DNA of 64,000 nucleotides. Source: an uncultured Candidatus Binatia bacterium. Its GTDB lineage: Bacteria > Desulfobacterota > Binatia > Bin18. The stretch lies in assembly GCA_965214605.1 (NCBI GenBank), contig OZ243961.1, positions 896,001 to 960,000 on the forward strand, in the 5' to 3' direction. The translations under genes were made by a program, and so were the position numbers. The notes under the pieces were generated by a model. It saw only the letters and a list, made by a program, of their open reading frames with translations, did not search any database and was not told the origin of the DNA. Below, in pieces: positions 49,270-60,072 of the stretch. Position 1 is the stretch's first letter; the number at the start of each line of letters is the position of its first letter.

Positions 49270-50782
49270 GCTTCTCCTCCCGGTTGTGAGGTGACTGCGC
49301 CCGGATTGGCGGATGCCGGTGTTTCCACAACGGGGCGCAGATTGAGCTCGATCCGCGGCAGGGGGCCGAGGCCCCCGCGATCGAGACGAATGGAGTCGAT
49401 GTTCCTCGCGGCCGAAGTCCGGTCAAAAACGTGCGCCACTTCCTCGTCATGCAACAACCATATCGGCACCGGATCCCCCGGGCTCGCTGTTGCGTCGACG
49501 ATGGCCCGCGCGGCAACGCGTCCAGTGTTCCATTGCGCGACGCTGCAATACTCGACAACCCATACAAACTGAGCCGTCTGCAGGCGCATCATCAGGCCGA
49601 CGAGGATGTCGCCCAAGTGCGTGTAGTTTGTTCTGGCGTATTCACGAAGTCTGGAGACGGTCGTGATGAAGTAGCGCTGGAACTGAAGGGGCTCGGCATC
49701 GGGTCCCCTGGAGCCGACCAACCATCTTTCGACCAGTCGGCTGAACGCTCCGATGGCATCGGCCGGGTAGTAGATCTTGTCTGGCAGGGCGACGATGAAG
49801 GCTTCGAAGGACTTCGCCGTATAGGACGGCAGCCCCGTAACGGTGGCGGTCGAATCCAGTGGAATCGTGCTATAGGGAAGCAGGTTGTCGTCGACAGCCA
49901 GGAGCGTCTCCACCTGCGTCCACACGTGCGATGACGACGGTCCTAGCCGCGCGGCCGATTGACGCCAACTGTATCCGACGATCACGACAGCATGTTTCTT
50001 GCTGGGGATCGCAACGAACAGCGGGAAGCCCGACTCGAGATAAGCGAGCAGTTGCGAGAAGAACGCCTCTTCGGAGGCAGAATTGCGTTTACCCACGAGG
50101 ACGGGAAAGCAGCCGGCCGCCTGAAACACCCGTTCGGCCCCCACGACGTTGAAGCCCAACGACGGTACAAGCCCGCCAGGGTCGAACGGCGCGGCCAGCT
50201 TCGTAATGTCGTGGACCAGATACTCTCGATGGTGGGCGAAGGTCTCGCTATAGTAGCGGAGAATTACCCAGCAGGACACGTGTGCGCAGACGGCGATGTC
50301 AACGTGCTGGGCCATGGACGGGAAGCCCCATACCGGCAGTCTATAGCCGAGTAGGTTGAGGTGGTGAACCGACTGAATTGCCCGTCCTCTTGCACCTAGA
50401 CGGATGTTGGGTGAAAGCACCGAGCGCCCCAACGTCGCGACGATGGTGGGCCTCAGTACGATGTAGCCGAAGTAGTGGTCTTGCGGGCGGCCGTCGTCGC
50501 ACACGATGTCGGTTCGTGCCTCGTTGTAGCGCACTCCTCCGTTGAAGAAGTGTAGACGCACGCAGTCGGAACGGTACTGGCGACCTTTCTTTGCATAGAA
50601 GTTATAGAACGTGCTTCGGTAGTCCTTGTCGACATACCCGTGTTCCACAAGTACGCCTTTGGCCGCATCCGTGACTTGAGACTCTCCGCAATGGTCTTCG
50701 GACCGAAAGCCGGGTCCAGCAGATTGAGCAGCTAGTCGTAACCATCGCCGTCGCTGAGGTCGAGCCAGTTGTAGGGTGCCAA
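49266..50782 (-). pseudogene. Hypothetical protein with papain/C39-like motifs; 5' end broken (460-aa ORF remains, 49266-50648)
   Basis: AQH...VCAH, YLESGFP, HAVVIVGY, VDDN; upstream TTG frame has a TAG and a frameshift. Confidence 0.6.
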
Positions 50783-50954
50783 TGTCTATGTCTTCCCTGT
50801 CATATGCCGAGTCCGCGATGAAACGTCACTTAGAGGCAACGCAATCCGCTTCCGAAATGCTTACGGGACTCCAGAGCTAAGATAGAAATTATGCAATAAC
50901 AGATAGTTATAGTGATAGGAGTCTATATGCTACATTTGTATCGAAGACAAGCAC

Positions 50955-51194
50955 TCATTCTTCCTCCTCCATGGCCCGATAGAGCGCGTCGCGGTCGGCG
51001 ATATCGATCTGGAATCCTCCGCTGCGCCACGTGGGCAACGGCGGCAATGTGCCCGACGGCGTATCAAACCGCTCGGGCTCGGCGAGCACACGTCTGAGGC
51101 CGGCTTCCACGAGCGCGGACATCGTCGTGCCGCGCCGCGCCGCCTCCCGCAACCGCTGCATCACCGAGTCGTCGATGTTGAGCGTCGTCTTCAT
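50955..51194 (-). CDS. RHH/VapB-like antitoxin (orphan)
   Basis: MKTTLNIDD, TMSALVEAGLR, DIADRDALY. Confidence 0.8.
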   Translation of the reverse strand: MKTTLNIDDSVMQRLREAARRGTTMSALVEAGLRRVLAEPERFDTPSGTLPPLPTWRSGGFQIDIADRDALYRAMEEEE

Positions 51195-51599
51195 ATGGAA
51201 AACCATATCACGGTTCCGTCCGAAAGCAACGGGAGAGGTAGGACGCAGTCGACATTGCTTTCGCCATCAGCCTGGCAGGCCGTCGACCTGGCAGGTTTGG
51301 GGGAAGCCTGCTCCAGCTAGCAACAGGTCGGTCTGCGGATTGAGCTTCAGAACCTGGGCTTCTCTCAGCACACGATTCCGGAAGGCGGGATGCAGGGAAC
51401 AGTCCGTCATGGCATCCGCTCGCCGGCCGGGCAGCTCTTGAACGTGCATCAGCGCGCCGGGCGCCAAGCCTCTCTTGCCGGCCGGTAGCGCCACCACCGG
51501 ATCGAGATCGCTGCGTTTATCCGCGTCGCACCGCGCCATCCGGAACCACACTCGCGTCATGACCGAACATCGATGTCAAGTGTCGGCTTCACATGAAGA

Positions 51600-52110
51600 A
51601 CCACATCAAATCGCCCGCACCGGCCGCCGCGAATGTCCACTTCGAAGCGGTCGCCGACGAGGTCTTCCTGCACTACGGCCGGTCCTAGAAACCGCGGACC
51701 GCCAAGGTCAATCGAGCCTACCTCCGCAACCAGATTCTGCCGTGGTTCCACGGGCGTCCGATCACGGACATTCCGCGCCAGGAAGTGCGCCGTTGGTTCA
51801 CCGCCCTCCATGCAACCCCAGCCGCCGCGAATCGCTCTCTGCCGATCCTCTCGGTCATCCTCCGCCAAGCGGAGATCTACGGTCACCAACCGGAGGGCAG
51901 CAATTCGTGCGCCGGTCTGCGGCGCTACCGGCAATTAGGACGCGAACGGTTCCTGACCGCGCAAGAGGTCCGCCGCTTGGGGGCGGCGCTCGCTTCACGG
52001 GAAGCCTCAATGCCGGTGCCTGCAGCGGCCGTCCGCCTGCTTCTGGTTACCGGTTGCCGCCAAGGCGAGATCCGGACGCTGTACTGGCGCGACTATCGAG
52101 AGGGCCATCC
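51600..52110 (+). pseudogene. Tyrosine integrase fragment
   Basis: YLRNQILPWF, AANRSL, RERFLT, LLLVTGCRQGEI; catalytic C-terminus missing. Confidence 0.75.
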
Positions 52111-52456
52111 GTTGGCCTACGCGAGATCCGAGCCGGTCTTGCGGAACAGGTCGGTGAACGTCGCCTGCGGGAGGAGCGGACCGAGTTGAAGGCCAAGGGT
52201 CTGATCGCGCCGGCCGGCCGTGGCACACGATGGACGCGATTGTAGCGGTGCTGGCCTATTTCAGCTTATTCCGGCCAATTCGCTCCAGCCCCAACCCACT
52301 CCTGCACCTCAACCCCCCGTCGCTAGCGGCTCGTGCAGCCGGCCGTCCGGGCCACGCTTGGGAGACATCGCAACAGAAAATAGGTAATAACACAGGCAAT
52401 ATCTGGTGTGTGTTCTGCATTAAGTCCATTTTTATAAATGGTTTATAAAATTAAAG

Positions 52457-52809
52457 TGGTGGAGGCGGCGGGAATCGAACCCGCGTCCGAGAGTAGTCCC
52501 CCTAAAGCATCTACATGCGTAGCTCGTATTTTGATCTCGCCTCAGTGTCTCCCACGAGCAGGATGCGCTAAGACCAGCCAGAAAAATTGTCGGGCTGACA
52601 TCTCCTGGTACGATGCCGACCGTATCCCGATTTGCGACGCCTTAGCCGGCCCTACGGGCACGGACCGGTAAGACGCTGGCCACACTAGGCAGCCAGGGCG
52701 TATTCAGAATCGTCTGCAGTTAAATTGCAGCCTGCCTGTTTTACGGGAAAGACAGAACCCCGGCACGCAGCTTTGGCTTTCCAGCCCCCGTCGAAACCAA
52801 GTCGCCCCC
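52457..52809 (-). ncRNA. ssrA: tmRNA; tag peptide ADDSEYALAA
   Basis: 5' GGGGGCGAC..GGTTTCGAC; 3' GGTTCGATTCCCGCCGCCTCCACCA; tag ORF present; follows smpB. Confidence 0.97.
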
Positions 52810-52835
52810 GTCTGGGATGTGGTCAGTGCGGCGTC

Positions 52836-53315
52836 CTAGCTAGCATCTCTGCGCATGGCTCGGGCTAGGTCGCGTTTGACCTCACGTTCACGGGCAGTGG
52901 CTCGTTTATCGTAGAGCTTCTTACCTTTGGCAAGCGCCAGTTCAACCTTGGCTTTACCATCTCTAAAGTATAAACGCAGCGGGACGAGGGTCAAGCCCTG
53001 CTCCTGGACCTTGCCCATCAGGCGCATAATTTCTTTCTTATGCAGCAGCAGTTTACGGGCTCGGGTAGGGTCGGTCTTGAAATGGTGAGCGGGTTCGTAG
53101 TGACTGATGTGGGCGTTGAGGAGAAAGGCTTCGCCACGGTTCACCCGGGCAAAGCTGTCGTTCAAATTGGCCCGCCCCTGACGGAGTGATTTGACCTCTG
53201 CACCGGTGAGGACGAGACCGGCCTCATACGTCTCTTCGATATGGTACTCAAACCGTGCCCGACGGTTGGCACAGATAAGTTTTTCACCCGGGGGAGTTTT
53301 TGCGTGTTTGGCCAT
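52836..53315 (-). CDS. smpB: SsrA-binding protein
   Basis: NRRARFEY, EAGLVLTGAEVKSLR, RKLLLHKKEI, GKKLYDKR. Confidence 0.98.
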   Translation of the reverse strand: MAKHAKTPPGEKLICANRRARFEYHIEETYEAGLVLTGAEVKSLRQGRANLNDSFARVNRGEAFLLNAHISHYEPAHHFKTDPTRARKLLLHKKEIMRLMGKVQEQGLTLVPLRLYFRDGKAKVELALAKGKKLYDKRATAREREVKRDLARAMRRDAS

Positions 53316-53350
53316 GGTAGAGCGATCAGTGCCCGGATTTTTTCCGCCCC

Positions 53351-54193
53351 TCAGCCGATCACGCGATTGTCGATCAGCCGCACGTCGCCGACCCAGGCGG
53401 CGATGGCCAACAGAGTCGGCCGGATTACTTCATCGACCTCTTCAAGCGTCTCCGGATCACACAGCGAGGCGTATTCCAGGCGCGTGTCGTCTGTAGCCGT
53501 GATCGTATCGCACACGACCCGTAGAATAGCCGCAGCCTGCCGTTCGCCCTGGCCGACCAACTCGTGGGCTTTGTTCAGTGCACTCGCAATACGCAGGCTG
53601 ATTTGTCGCTGGGCAGGACTGAGCCGTGCATTGCGAGAACTCATCGCCAATCCGTCCGACTCACGAACAGTTGGCAGGGCCACGATTTCCAGGTCAAAAT
53701 TCAGGTCCTTGACCATGCGTTTGATTACCACACACTGCTGGAAGTCTTTCTCGCCGAACAGGGCCATGTGTGGCTTGACCATGTTGAACAGCTTGGCCAC
53801 TACGGTCGTGACTCCGCGAAAATGTCCCGGTCGGTGGACACCACACAGCGGCTGACTGACCTTTTCAACCTCAACCGCGGTTTGATACCCCTCGGGGTAC
53901 ATCTCGGACGCGTCGGGGGTAAAGAGCACCTCGGTGCCAAGCTCGCTGAGCAAACGCCGATCCTGCTCATCATCGCGCGGATAGGACGCAAAATCGGACT
54001 GCTGGTTAAACTGCATAGGGTTGACAAAGATTGAGACTACGGTGGCGTCGCCCATTTTTTTGGCTTCCCGCACCAGGCTGAGGTGTCCTTCGTGCAAAAA
54101 GCCCATGGTCGGGACAAAGGCAACTTTTTTACCCGCCTGGCGCTGGGCGTCTGACCAGCGCTGCATCTCGGATACGCGGTGAATGATCTGCAT
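53351..54193 (-). CDS. panC: Pantoate-beta-alanine ligase
   Basis: VPTMGFLHEGH, RPGHFRGV, FGEKDFQQ, GLAMSSRN, RLIDN. Confidence 0.98.
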   Translation of the reverse strand: MQIIHRVSEMQRWSDAQRQAGKKVAFVPTMGFLHEGHLSLVREAKKMGDATVVSIFVNPMQFNQQSDFASYPRDDEQDRRLLSELGTEVLFTPDASEMYPEGYQTAVEVEKVSQPLCGVHRPGHFRGVTTVVAKLFNMVKPHMALFGEKDFQQCVVIKRMVKDLNFDLEIVALPTVRESDGLAMSSRNARLSPAQRQISLRIASALNKAHELVGQGERQAAAILRVVCDTITATDDTRLEYASLCDPETLEEVDEVIRPTLLAIAAWVGDVRLIDNRVIG

Positions 54194-54227
54194 AAGCTGT
54201 TCCTAATTTTGCGCCTGCTCTCCTGGC

Positions 54228-55052
54228 CTAATGGAAGGAGTGCTCGTCGAGCGGAAATGCTCCGCTCTGCACCTCTTCAATGTAGGCTCTGACGGCTTGG
54301 GCAATTATTCCCTGAAGGTCGGCGTATTGTTTCACAAATTTTGGGGAGAATTTTCCGCCGAAGCCGAGCAGATCATGGAGGACTAAAATCTGTCCGTCAC
54401 AGTAGGGACCGGCCCCAATGCCAATAGTCGGGATGGAGAGCCGCTCGGTTACCTCCTGGGCCAAATCGAGCGGTACGCCTTCGAGCACAATCGCAAAGGC
54501 CCCGGCATCCTCCACGGCTTGGGCGTCTTCTAGCAAACGCTCTCGGGCTCCGGGCCGACGCCCCGCCCTTTTCCCCTGGACCTTAAATCCCCCCATCCGG
54601 TGCACCGACTGCGGTGTCAGACCGATGTGTCCCATCACCGGGATATCAACATTGCTGATCGCCCGGATCACACGCTGTACGTTGATCCCGCCTTCGAGCT
54701 TGACCGCCTCAGCTCCCCCCTCTTTGAGTAAACGGCCGGCGTTGGCAATGGCCGCGCAGATTCCGGCCTGGTAGGTGAGAAACGGCATGTCGACCACAAC
54801 CAAAGCCCGTGGCCGGGCCCGGCTGACGAGCTTGGTGTGGTAGACCATCTCGTCCAGAGTCACCGGAAGGGTCGTATCAGCCCCCTGCACGGCAGTCCCC
54901 AGCGAATCACCAACTAGAATGAGGTCGATCCCACTCTCATCAACAATGCGGGCGAACGGATAATCGTAGGCGGTGAGAGCCGTGATCTTTTTGGCGGCCG
55001 TTTTAAGACGGTGGAGTTCGGGTACAGTGACCTTCGATGTGGCGTGTTGCAT
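54228..55052 (-). CDS. panB: 3-methyl-2-oxobutanoate hydroxymethyltransferase
   Basis: [27 protein letters not shown]; AAGGAGG before ATG 55052. Confidence 0.97.
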   Translation of the reverse strand: MQHATSKVTVPELHRLKTAAKKITALTAYDYPFARIVDESGIDLILVGDSLGTAVQGADTTLPVTLDEMVYHTKLVSRARPRALVVVDMPFLTYQAGICAAIANAGRLLKEGGAEAVKLEGGINVQRVIRAISNVDIPVMGHIGLTPQSVHRMGGFKVQGKRAGRRPGARERLLEDAQAVEDAGAFAIVLEGVPLDLAQEVTERLSIPTIGIGAGPYCDGQILVLHDLLGFGGKFSPKFVKQYADLQGIIAQAVRAYIEEVQSGAFPLDEHSFH

Positions 55053-55165
55053 ACAGAAACCCTCCTTAATGGTCGAACCAAAGCCGGAGGGCTGGAAAGA
55101 AAACGAAGAAGAAGCCGAGGATACGGGTGCGCCACCAACAGGACTAGGGCACGACGGTCCGTACG

Positions 55166-55240
55166 CCTCCTCCTCCGTCCCCAGTATATTCCGACGGCCA
55201 TCCGTCTTGGTCCGATTGGATCCAAGCGGCCTTATGGCAT
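55166..55240 (-). promoter_or_regulatory. Putative pan RNA motif in the panB leader
   Basis: Bulged hairpin CCGCTTGGATCC-AATC-GGACCAAGACGG plus ACTGGGGACGGAGG upstream of panB. Confidence 0.55.
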
Positions 55241-55427
55241 ATCCTTGCCGCCCTCTCAGTTCTCGCCGGGTCGATGACTTCACCGCCCGTTTCTCGTCCG
55301 CCCCTCGGTCAGACTATGAGAAGGACAACAAGAGACTCAACGCGCGTGCATATAGCATATTCTTTGAGCTGTTGTCTAGAGGGCTGAGGCGCTAGGCTTG
55401 CCCGCCCGGGCCTGCTAGCCTCATGCT

Positions 55428-56531
55428 ATGGATACGTCTGAGCAGCTAGGCCAGCTTTTTATGGTCGGCATTCCTCAGCTCGACCTTGATTCTCACACCC
55501 GTCAGCTCCTGCTCAATTTGCGCCCCGGCGGCGTCATTTTGTTTCGCCGGAATTACAGCGACCCTGAGACGCTGTCCGTCCTGTGCCGGCAGCTGCGCGA
55601 TCTGAACCCGGCCAATCCGCCGCTTATTGCCATCGACCATGAGGGCGGCCGGGTGCACAGGCTAGAGGCGCCGTTTACCCACTTCCCACCGGCCCGGCAG
55701 TTGATCCAAAACGGCCCACCTCGACCGGCCGAGGTGGTCTACCGAGTCGGACAGGCCATGGGACGAGAATTGCGGGCGGTGGGGATTGACCTCAATTTTG
55801 CCCCGGTGCTCGACGTGGTGACCAACCCCGATAATACCGTTATTGGGGATCGGGCGTTTGCGACCCAGCCGCAGCAGGTGGCAGTCCTAGGAAGCGCTCT
55901 GGCCCGCGGCCTGCGCGAAGCGGGCGTTATTCCGTGCGGCAAGCATTTTCCCGGTCATGGAGCGACGCACCTTGATTCACACCAAGACTTGCCCACCGAT
56001 GAGCGGGCGGCAGGCGTGCTTGAGCAGACCGATCTCATCCCGTTCCGCCAAGCCTGTACGGAACAGATTGAGATGCTCATGACGGCCCACGTCGTGTACC
56101 CGGCTCTTGATCCAGAGCGGCCGGCGAGCCTGTCAAGGCCGATTCTCACCGACCTGCTGCGCCACCGGCTCGGCTTTACCGGAATTGTGGTCAGCGACGA
56201 TTTAGAAATGGGGGCGATTGTCCGCCACGGCAGCGTTGAGCAAGCCGCGGTTGAGGCGCTGGCCGCGGGGGCTGACCTCCTCCTGGTGTGTCAGAGCACG
56301 GAACTCGCCGTGCAGGCCCGCAACGCCTGCCTGCGCGCGCTACACACCGGGCTTCTTTCCCGGCAGCGACTGGCAGACGCGTCCGGTCGGATTGCGACTC
56401 TTAAGCAGAAACCACGACAAGAGCGGCTGGCTTCACGCGAAGTCATCGGCTGTGCCGCCCATCGGCGGCTGGCAGAAGACCTAGCCGGCGCAGACAGCAG
56501 CGAGCCGCTCAGCGATCATTTTTTTGACTGA
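55428..56531 (+). CDS. nagZ: Beta-N-acetylhexosaminidase (GH3)
   Basis: [27 protein letters not shown]. Confidence 0.92.
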   Translation: MDTSEQLGQLFMVGIPQLDLDSHTRQLLLNLRPGGVILFRRNYSDPETLSVLCRQLRDLNPANPPLIAIDHEGGRVHRLEAPFTHFPPARQLIQNGPPRPAEVVYRVGQAMGRELRAVGIDLNFAPVLDVVTNPDNTVIGDRAFATQPQQVAVLGSALARGLREAGVIPCGKHFPGHGATHLDSHQDLPTDERAAGVLEQTDLIPFRQACTEQIEMLMTAHVVYPALDPERPASLSRPILTDLLRHRLGFTGIVVSDDLEMGAIVRHGSVEQAAVEALAAGADLLLVCQSTELAVQARNACLRALHTGLLSRQRLADASGRIATLKQKPRQERLASREVIGCAAHRRLAEDLAGADSSEPLSDHFFD

Positions 56532-57586
56532 CCATCTTTCACCACCCGCGGCAGGGATTTGGCATACGGGGCACGCACGATTCCACGCTCAGTAATAATC
56601 GCGCTGACCAGGGGATGGGGAGTGACATCAAAAGCCGGATTGGCGGCCGGTATATCGGTCGGAGCAATCTGTTGGCGAAAGATGTGGGTCACCTCACGCG
56701 CCGAGCGCTCTTCAATTGGAATATGCTCGCCGGATGGACAGGCGAGGTCGACCGAGGTGGTCGGCGCCGCAACATAGAAGGGCAGCGCATGGCGAGCGGC
56801 TAGCACCGCGTTGGTGTAGGTCCCGATTTTATTTGCCACGTCTCCGTTTGCCGCCGTCCGATCGGTTCCAACAATCACGCAGTCGATGGCGCCTTTTTGC
56901 ATAAAATGGCCGACCATGTTGTCGGTAATCAGGAGCGCTGGAATACCCTCCTTACTCAGCTCCCAGGCCGTGAGCCGAGCACCTTGTAAAAACGGACGTG
57001 TCTCGGGGACAAAGACCGAGATGTTTTTGCCCTGCTCCCAAGCAGCTCGAATCACCCCCAGCGCCGTCCCATAGCCGGCCGTGGCCAAAGCGCCGGCATT
57101 GCAGTGGGTGAGGACGGCTGCCTGGGGCGGAATCAGGTCCGCCCCGTAGCGGCCCAGGCGACGGTTGGCCTCAACATCTTCAGCATACATGGTCAAGGCT
57201 TCGTGTTCGAGCCGGTCGCATAAATGAGTCCGGCCAGCCTCATGGGTCTGAGCGTAGACGTCGCGCATCCGCTCAATCGCCCAAAACAGATTGACCGCGG
57301 TGGGGCGGGTTGCGGCAAAAATCCGGCACAGGCGATCAAACGTGGCGGGTCGGTCGCTGGTCTTGAGCTGGCGTACGCCAAGCGCCAGCCCCATGGCCGC
57401 AGCCACCCCAATAGCCGGAGCACCGCGGATAACCATGGTTCGAATGGCCCGAGCAACCCCCCGATAGTGGGTATAGGTCCGATAGATCTCGCGGGTCGGC
57501 AAAAAACGCTGATCAAGCATCATCACCGCCGCGGGTTTTCCGGCCCGCGGCGGCTGCCATGCGATGGTGAAAAAAGAGACCTTCAT
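56516..57586 (-). CDS. mtnA: Methylthioribose-1-phosphate isomerase
   Basis: [43 protein letters not shown]. Confidence 0.95.
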   Translation of the reverse strand: MKVSFFTIAWQPPRAGKPAAVMMLDQRFLPTREIYRTYTHYRGVARAIRTMVIRGAPAIGVAAAMGLALGVRQLKTSDRPATFDRLCRIFAATRPTAVNLFWAIERMRDVYAQTHEAGRTHLCDRLEHEALTMYAEDVEANRRLGRYGADLIPPQAAVLTHCNAGALATAGYGTALGVIRAAWEQGKNISVFVPETRPFLQGARLTAWELSKEGIPALLITDNMVGHFMQKGAIDCVIVGTDRTAANGDVANKIGTYTNAVLAARHALPFYVAAPTTSVDLACPSGEHIPIEERSAREVTHIFRQQIAPTDIPAANPAFDVTPHPLVSAIITERGIVRAPYAKSLPRVVKDGQSKK

Positions 57587-57587
57587 A

Positions 57588-58205
57588 CTACACATCGGTC
57601 TGGGGATCAAAAAGCTGAACCCCGGTAGCCGGCTTCCAAGCCGCCACCGTTTGCTCATCCGGCAGGCGCTGAATCACAATCTCGCGGAACGGCTCGCCCG
57701 AGGCTTGAATGCGGACATTGGAGGTTTCTTGAGAGGTGTTGAGGACGTTGAGCGCTTGACCGGTCTTCAGCCAGGTATCGACGAACAGCTGGGCCAGGGC
57801 TTTTTGTCTGCTCTCAGACAGCATTGTCCATTTCTCGGTGACCTTGACCGTCAGCGCCGTTCCGTCAAGTTTGGCCTCTATCCCGTAGTAGATATCCGCC
57901 CACAGGCCCCCGGTCATTTGCGAATCCACCCGCTGCACGCATAGCCACAGGGCCTGTTGCCCGGCCGACAGCTCGGGAGGCGGTTGTGGCTCGGTCGCGA
58001 CGCTGGCTTTGGCCGGCTCGGGCGGCTCGGTGTCCTGGAACTGCTGCGGATTACGGTAGTACAGGACCGCCAGGACCAGCCCACAGACCACTAGAACCGG
58101 CGCCTTGCGCACGGCCGTGAAAAAGATTGAGGAAGCGGAGCGGATCAGCTTCAGGAACGAGGCCAGGACACTCGGCTCGGGCGACGGGGCCGATGGGGTA
58201 GTCAT
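57588..58205 (-). CDS. Hypothetical membrane-anchored protein
   Basis: One hydrophobic segment; abuts mtnA. Confidence 0.7.
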   Translation of the reverse strand: MTTPSAPSPEPSVLASFLKLIRSASSIFFTAVRKAPVLVVCGLVLAVLYYRNPQQFQDTEPPEPAKASVATEPQPPPELSAGQQALWLCVQRVDSQMTGGLWADIYYGIEAKLDGTALTVKVTEKWTMLSESRQKALAQLFVDTWLKTGQALNVLNTSQETSNVRIQASGEPFREIVIQRLPDEQTVAAWKPATGVQLFDPQTDV

Positions 58206-58358
58206 GGGCCGCAGTTTAGCACAAGGCCACCCAGCGACAGAAGACCGTTCGGTTACACTGCGATTTTGCCTTGACTCGCCACCGGGCTCTGGCTATAGCT
58301 GGCCCACTATGTGACGCCCAGCCCTGACACGGCGGGCGTCTGAGAAAGGAGCACAGCG

Positions 58359-58892
58359 ATGAAACGTCTCCACCCCGGAGATCCTTTTCCCACCATCTCT
58401 GGTGCCAGCGTAGGCGAAGGGAGGGTCAATCTCCCGGTCGATATCTCTACCCCGTACGCTATCGTCTTGACCTATCGGGCTCACTGGTGACCGTTCTGTG
58501 ATCAGCAGTTGGCTGATTACCAGGCCAATCTTGATCAAGCCCGGGCCGCAGGAATCTCGGTCTACGCCATCTCGACCGATCCGCTCGACAAAGCCCAACA
58601 GACAGTCGATAAGTCGGGGCTGACGTTTCCGGTTGTGTATGGCGTCGACGGTCCGGCCACGGCCGCTGCCTTGGCCTGCTGGTATGAAGAGAAGCGCAAT
58701 ATCATCCAGCCGGCGGCGTTTATTATCGACCCCGACCGCAATCTCCTGAATGTGACCTATACCTCGGGTCCAATTGGTCGTCTGCAGATAAAAGACGCCC
58801 TGGGACTCGTGGCGTACTACGCGTCACAAAAGATCTCAGCCACAACGGTGGATCGAGAAAAAGGCTGGACGGCAAACGTAACCGGAGCCTAG
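58359..58892 (+). CDS. Peroxiredoxin-like (AhpC/TSA) selenoprotein, UxxC
   Basis: AAAGGAG RBS; MKRLHPGDPFP...YRAHW-TGA(58488)-PFC in frame with ORF 58509-58892; hairpin 58498-58520. Confidence 0.8.
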
Positions 58893-60052
58893 TCTCCCCA
58901 CAAGCGTTGGGTCGCAATTCGTGCCCCTTCGCTGCAGGCTTTCATTTTTGCCCACACGACACTGTCGGGCACGATCTCCAAGCCGGCAAAGGTACTAAAC
59001 CCGCAATCCGTGCCGGCAATGACCCGGCTGCGGTCGCCGACCGCTTCAACAACCTGACAGATGCGGTCGGCGACCCCTTCCGGGTGCTCGACATAGTTGG
59101 TCGTGGAATCGATCACTCCGGGAATCAGCAGCATGGAATCCGGGAGGGGATATTTTTTGAGGACTTTGTGTTCGTGCTGGTGGCGCGGGTTGGCCAGTTC
59201 TAGGGCCAGCGCGCCGACTTTGGCCTGATAGACGATGGGCAGGATATCTTCGAGCGGCACGTCGTAGGTATGCGGACCGTCGTAATTGCCCCAACACACG
59301 TGCAGGCGAATCCGGTCGGCCGGAATATTCTCGATCGCGAGATTCACCGCCGCAATATGGATCTCAACAATCTGCTGAAATTCCTGCAGCGACCTATCCT
59401 GAAACAAAAAAGTCCGCTCCATAGCCAGGTCTGGTGCGTCAATCTGGAGCACTAGCCCCTGAGAGTGGATGTATTCATACTCTTTCTTGAGCTGACGGGC
59501 GACGGCGAAGACGTATTGCTCATGGGAGTCGTAGTAGGCGTTGAGCATGGTCGTGGCCACAATGCCGGGAGAGGCTGCGGTCATAAAACATTCGGTGAAT
59601 GTTTGGGGCTGTTGATCAAGACAGCGGCGAAACAGCGCGCATTCTGCACGGACCGCGCTCAGATCATGATACTCGACTTCGGCAACCGCCTGCGGCGCGT
59701 TGAACATCTTGGCCCGCATCACATTCCGTTTCTGCAGCAAGGCGGCGAAATCGGGGAAGTCTTTCATATCCTGGGGGATCGGCCGTTTGCTCTCGCCACC
59801 AAAGCCCGTCATCCGTTGCGGCACATAGGTCTGAAAGCCGACCCGCGGCTGCTCACCGTCATTGGCGATATCAACCCCTGCTCCGGCCTGCTTTTGAATG
59901 ACGTGTTGGACGGCCAGCTCAGCCTGGCGATCGAGTTCGGCCAACTCCACCGGTTTGCCCTGCTCCTGGTCGATCAGCAGATCGGCCAGGGCGGCGCTGC
60001 GCGGAAGGCTACCGACGTGGGTGGTGAGCATACGAGAGTCGCTGGCACGCAT
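58889..60052 (-). CDS. Cobalamin-independent methionine synthase II family protein
   Basis: TTHVGSLPR, HVCWGNY, PGVID, GTDCGF. Confidence 0.9.
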   Translation of the reverse strand: MRASDSRMLTTHVGSLPRSAALADLLIDQEQGKPVELAELDRQAELAVQHVIQKQAGAGVDIANDGEQPRVGFQTYVPQRMTGFGGESKRPIPQDMKDFPDFAALLQKRNVMRAKMFNAPQAVAEVEYHDLSAVRAECALFRRCLDQQPQTFTECFMTAASPGIVATTMLNAYYDSHEQYVFAVARQLKKEYEYIHSQGLVLQIDAPDLAMERTFLFQDRSLQEFQQIVEIHIAAVNLAIENIPADRIRLHVCWGNYDGPHTYDVPLEDILPIVYQAKVGALALELANPRHQHEHKVLKKYPLPDSMLLIPGVIDSTTNYVEHPEGVADRICQVVEAVGDRSRVIAGTDCGFSTFAGLEIVPDSVVWAKMKACSEGARIATQRLWGD

Positions 60053-60072
60053 CGAACACCTCCGAGGCTTCT

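Larger units (their letters stand above)
1..52456. mobile_element. Composite genomic (defence) island adjacent to the tmRNA 3' end; left boundary lies outside the window
   Basis: Three tyrosine-recombinase remnants, IS fragments, dense defence/TA genes and pseudogenes; abrupt switch to housekeeping genes at ssrA/smpB. Confidence 0.75.

Noticed and set aside
54228-55283. 351-aa PanB with long N-terminal extension
   Set aside because: Strong RBS at ATG 55052; the extension corresponds to the RNA leader.
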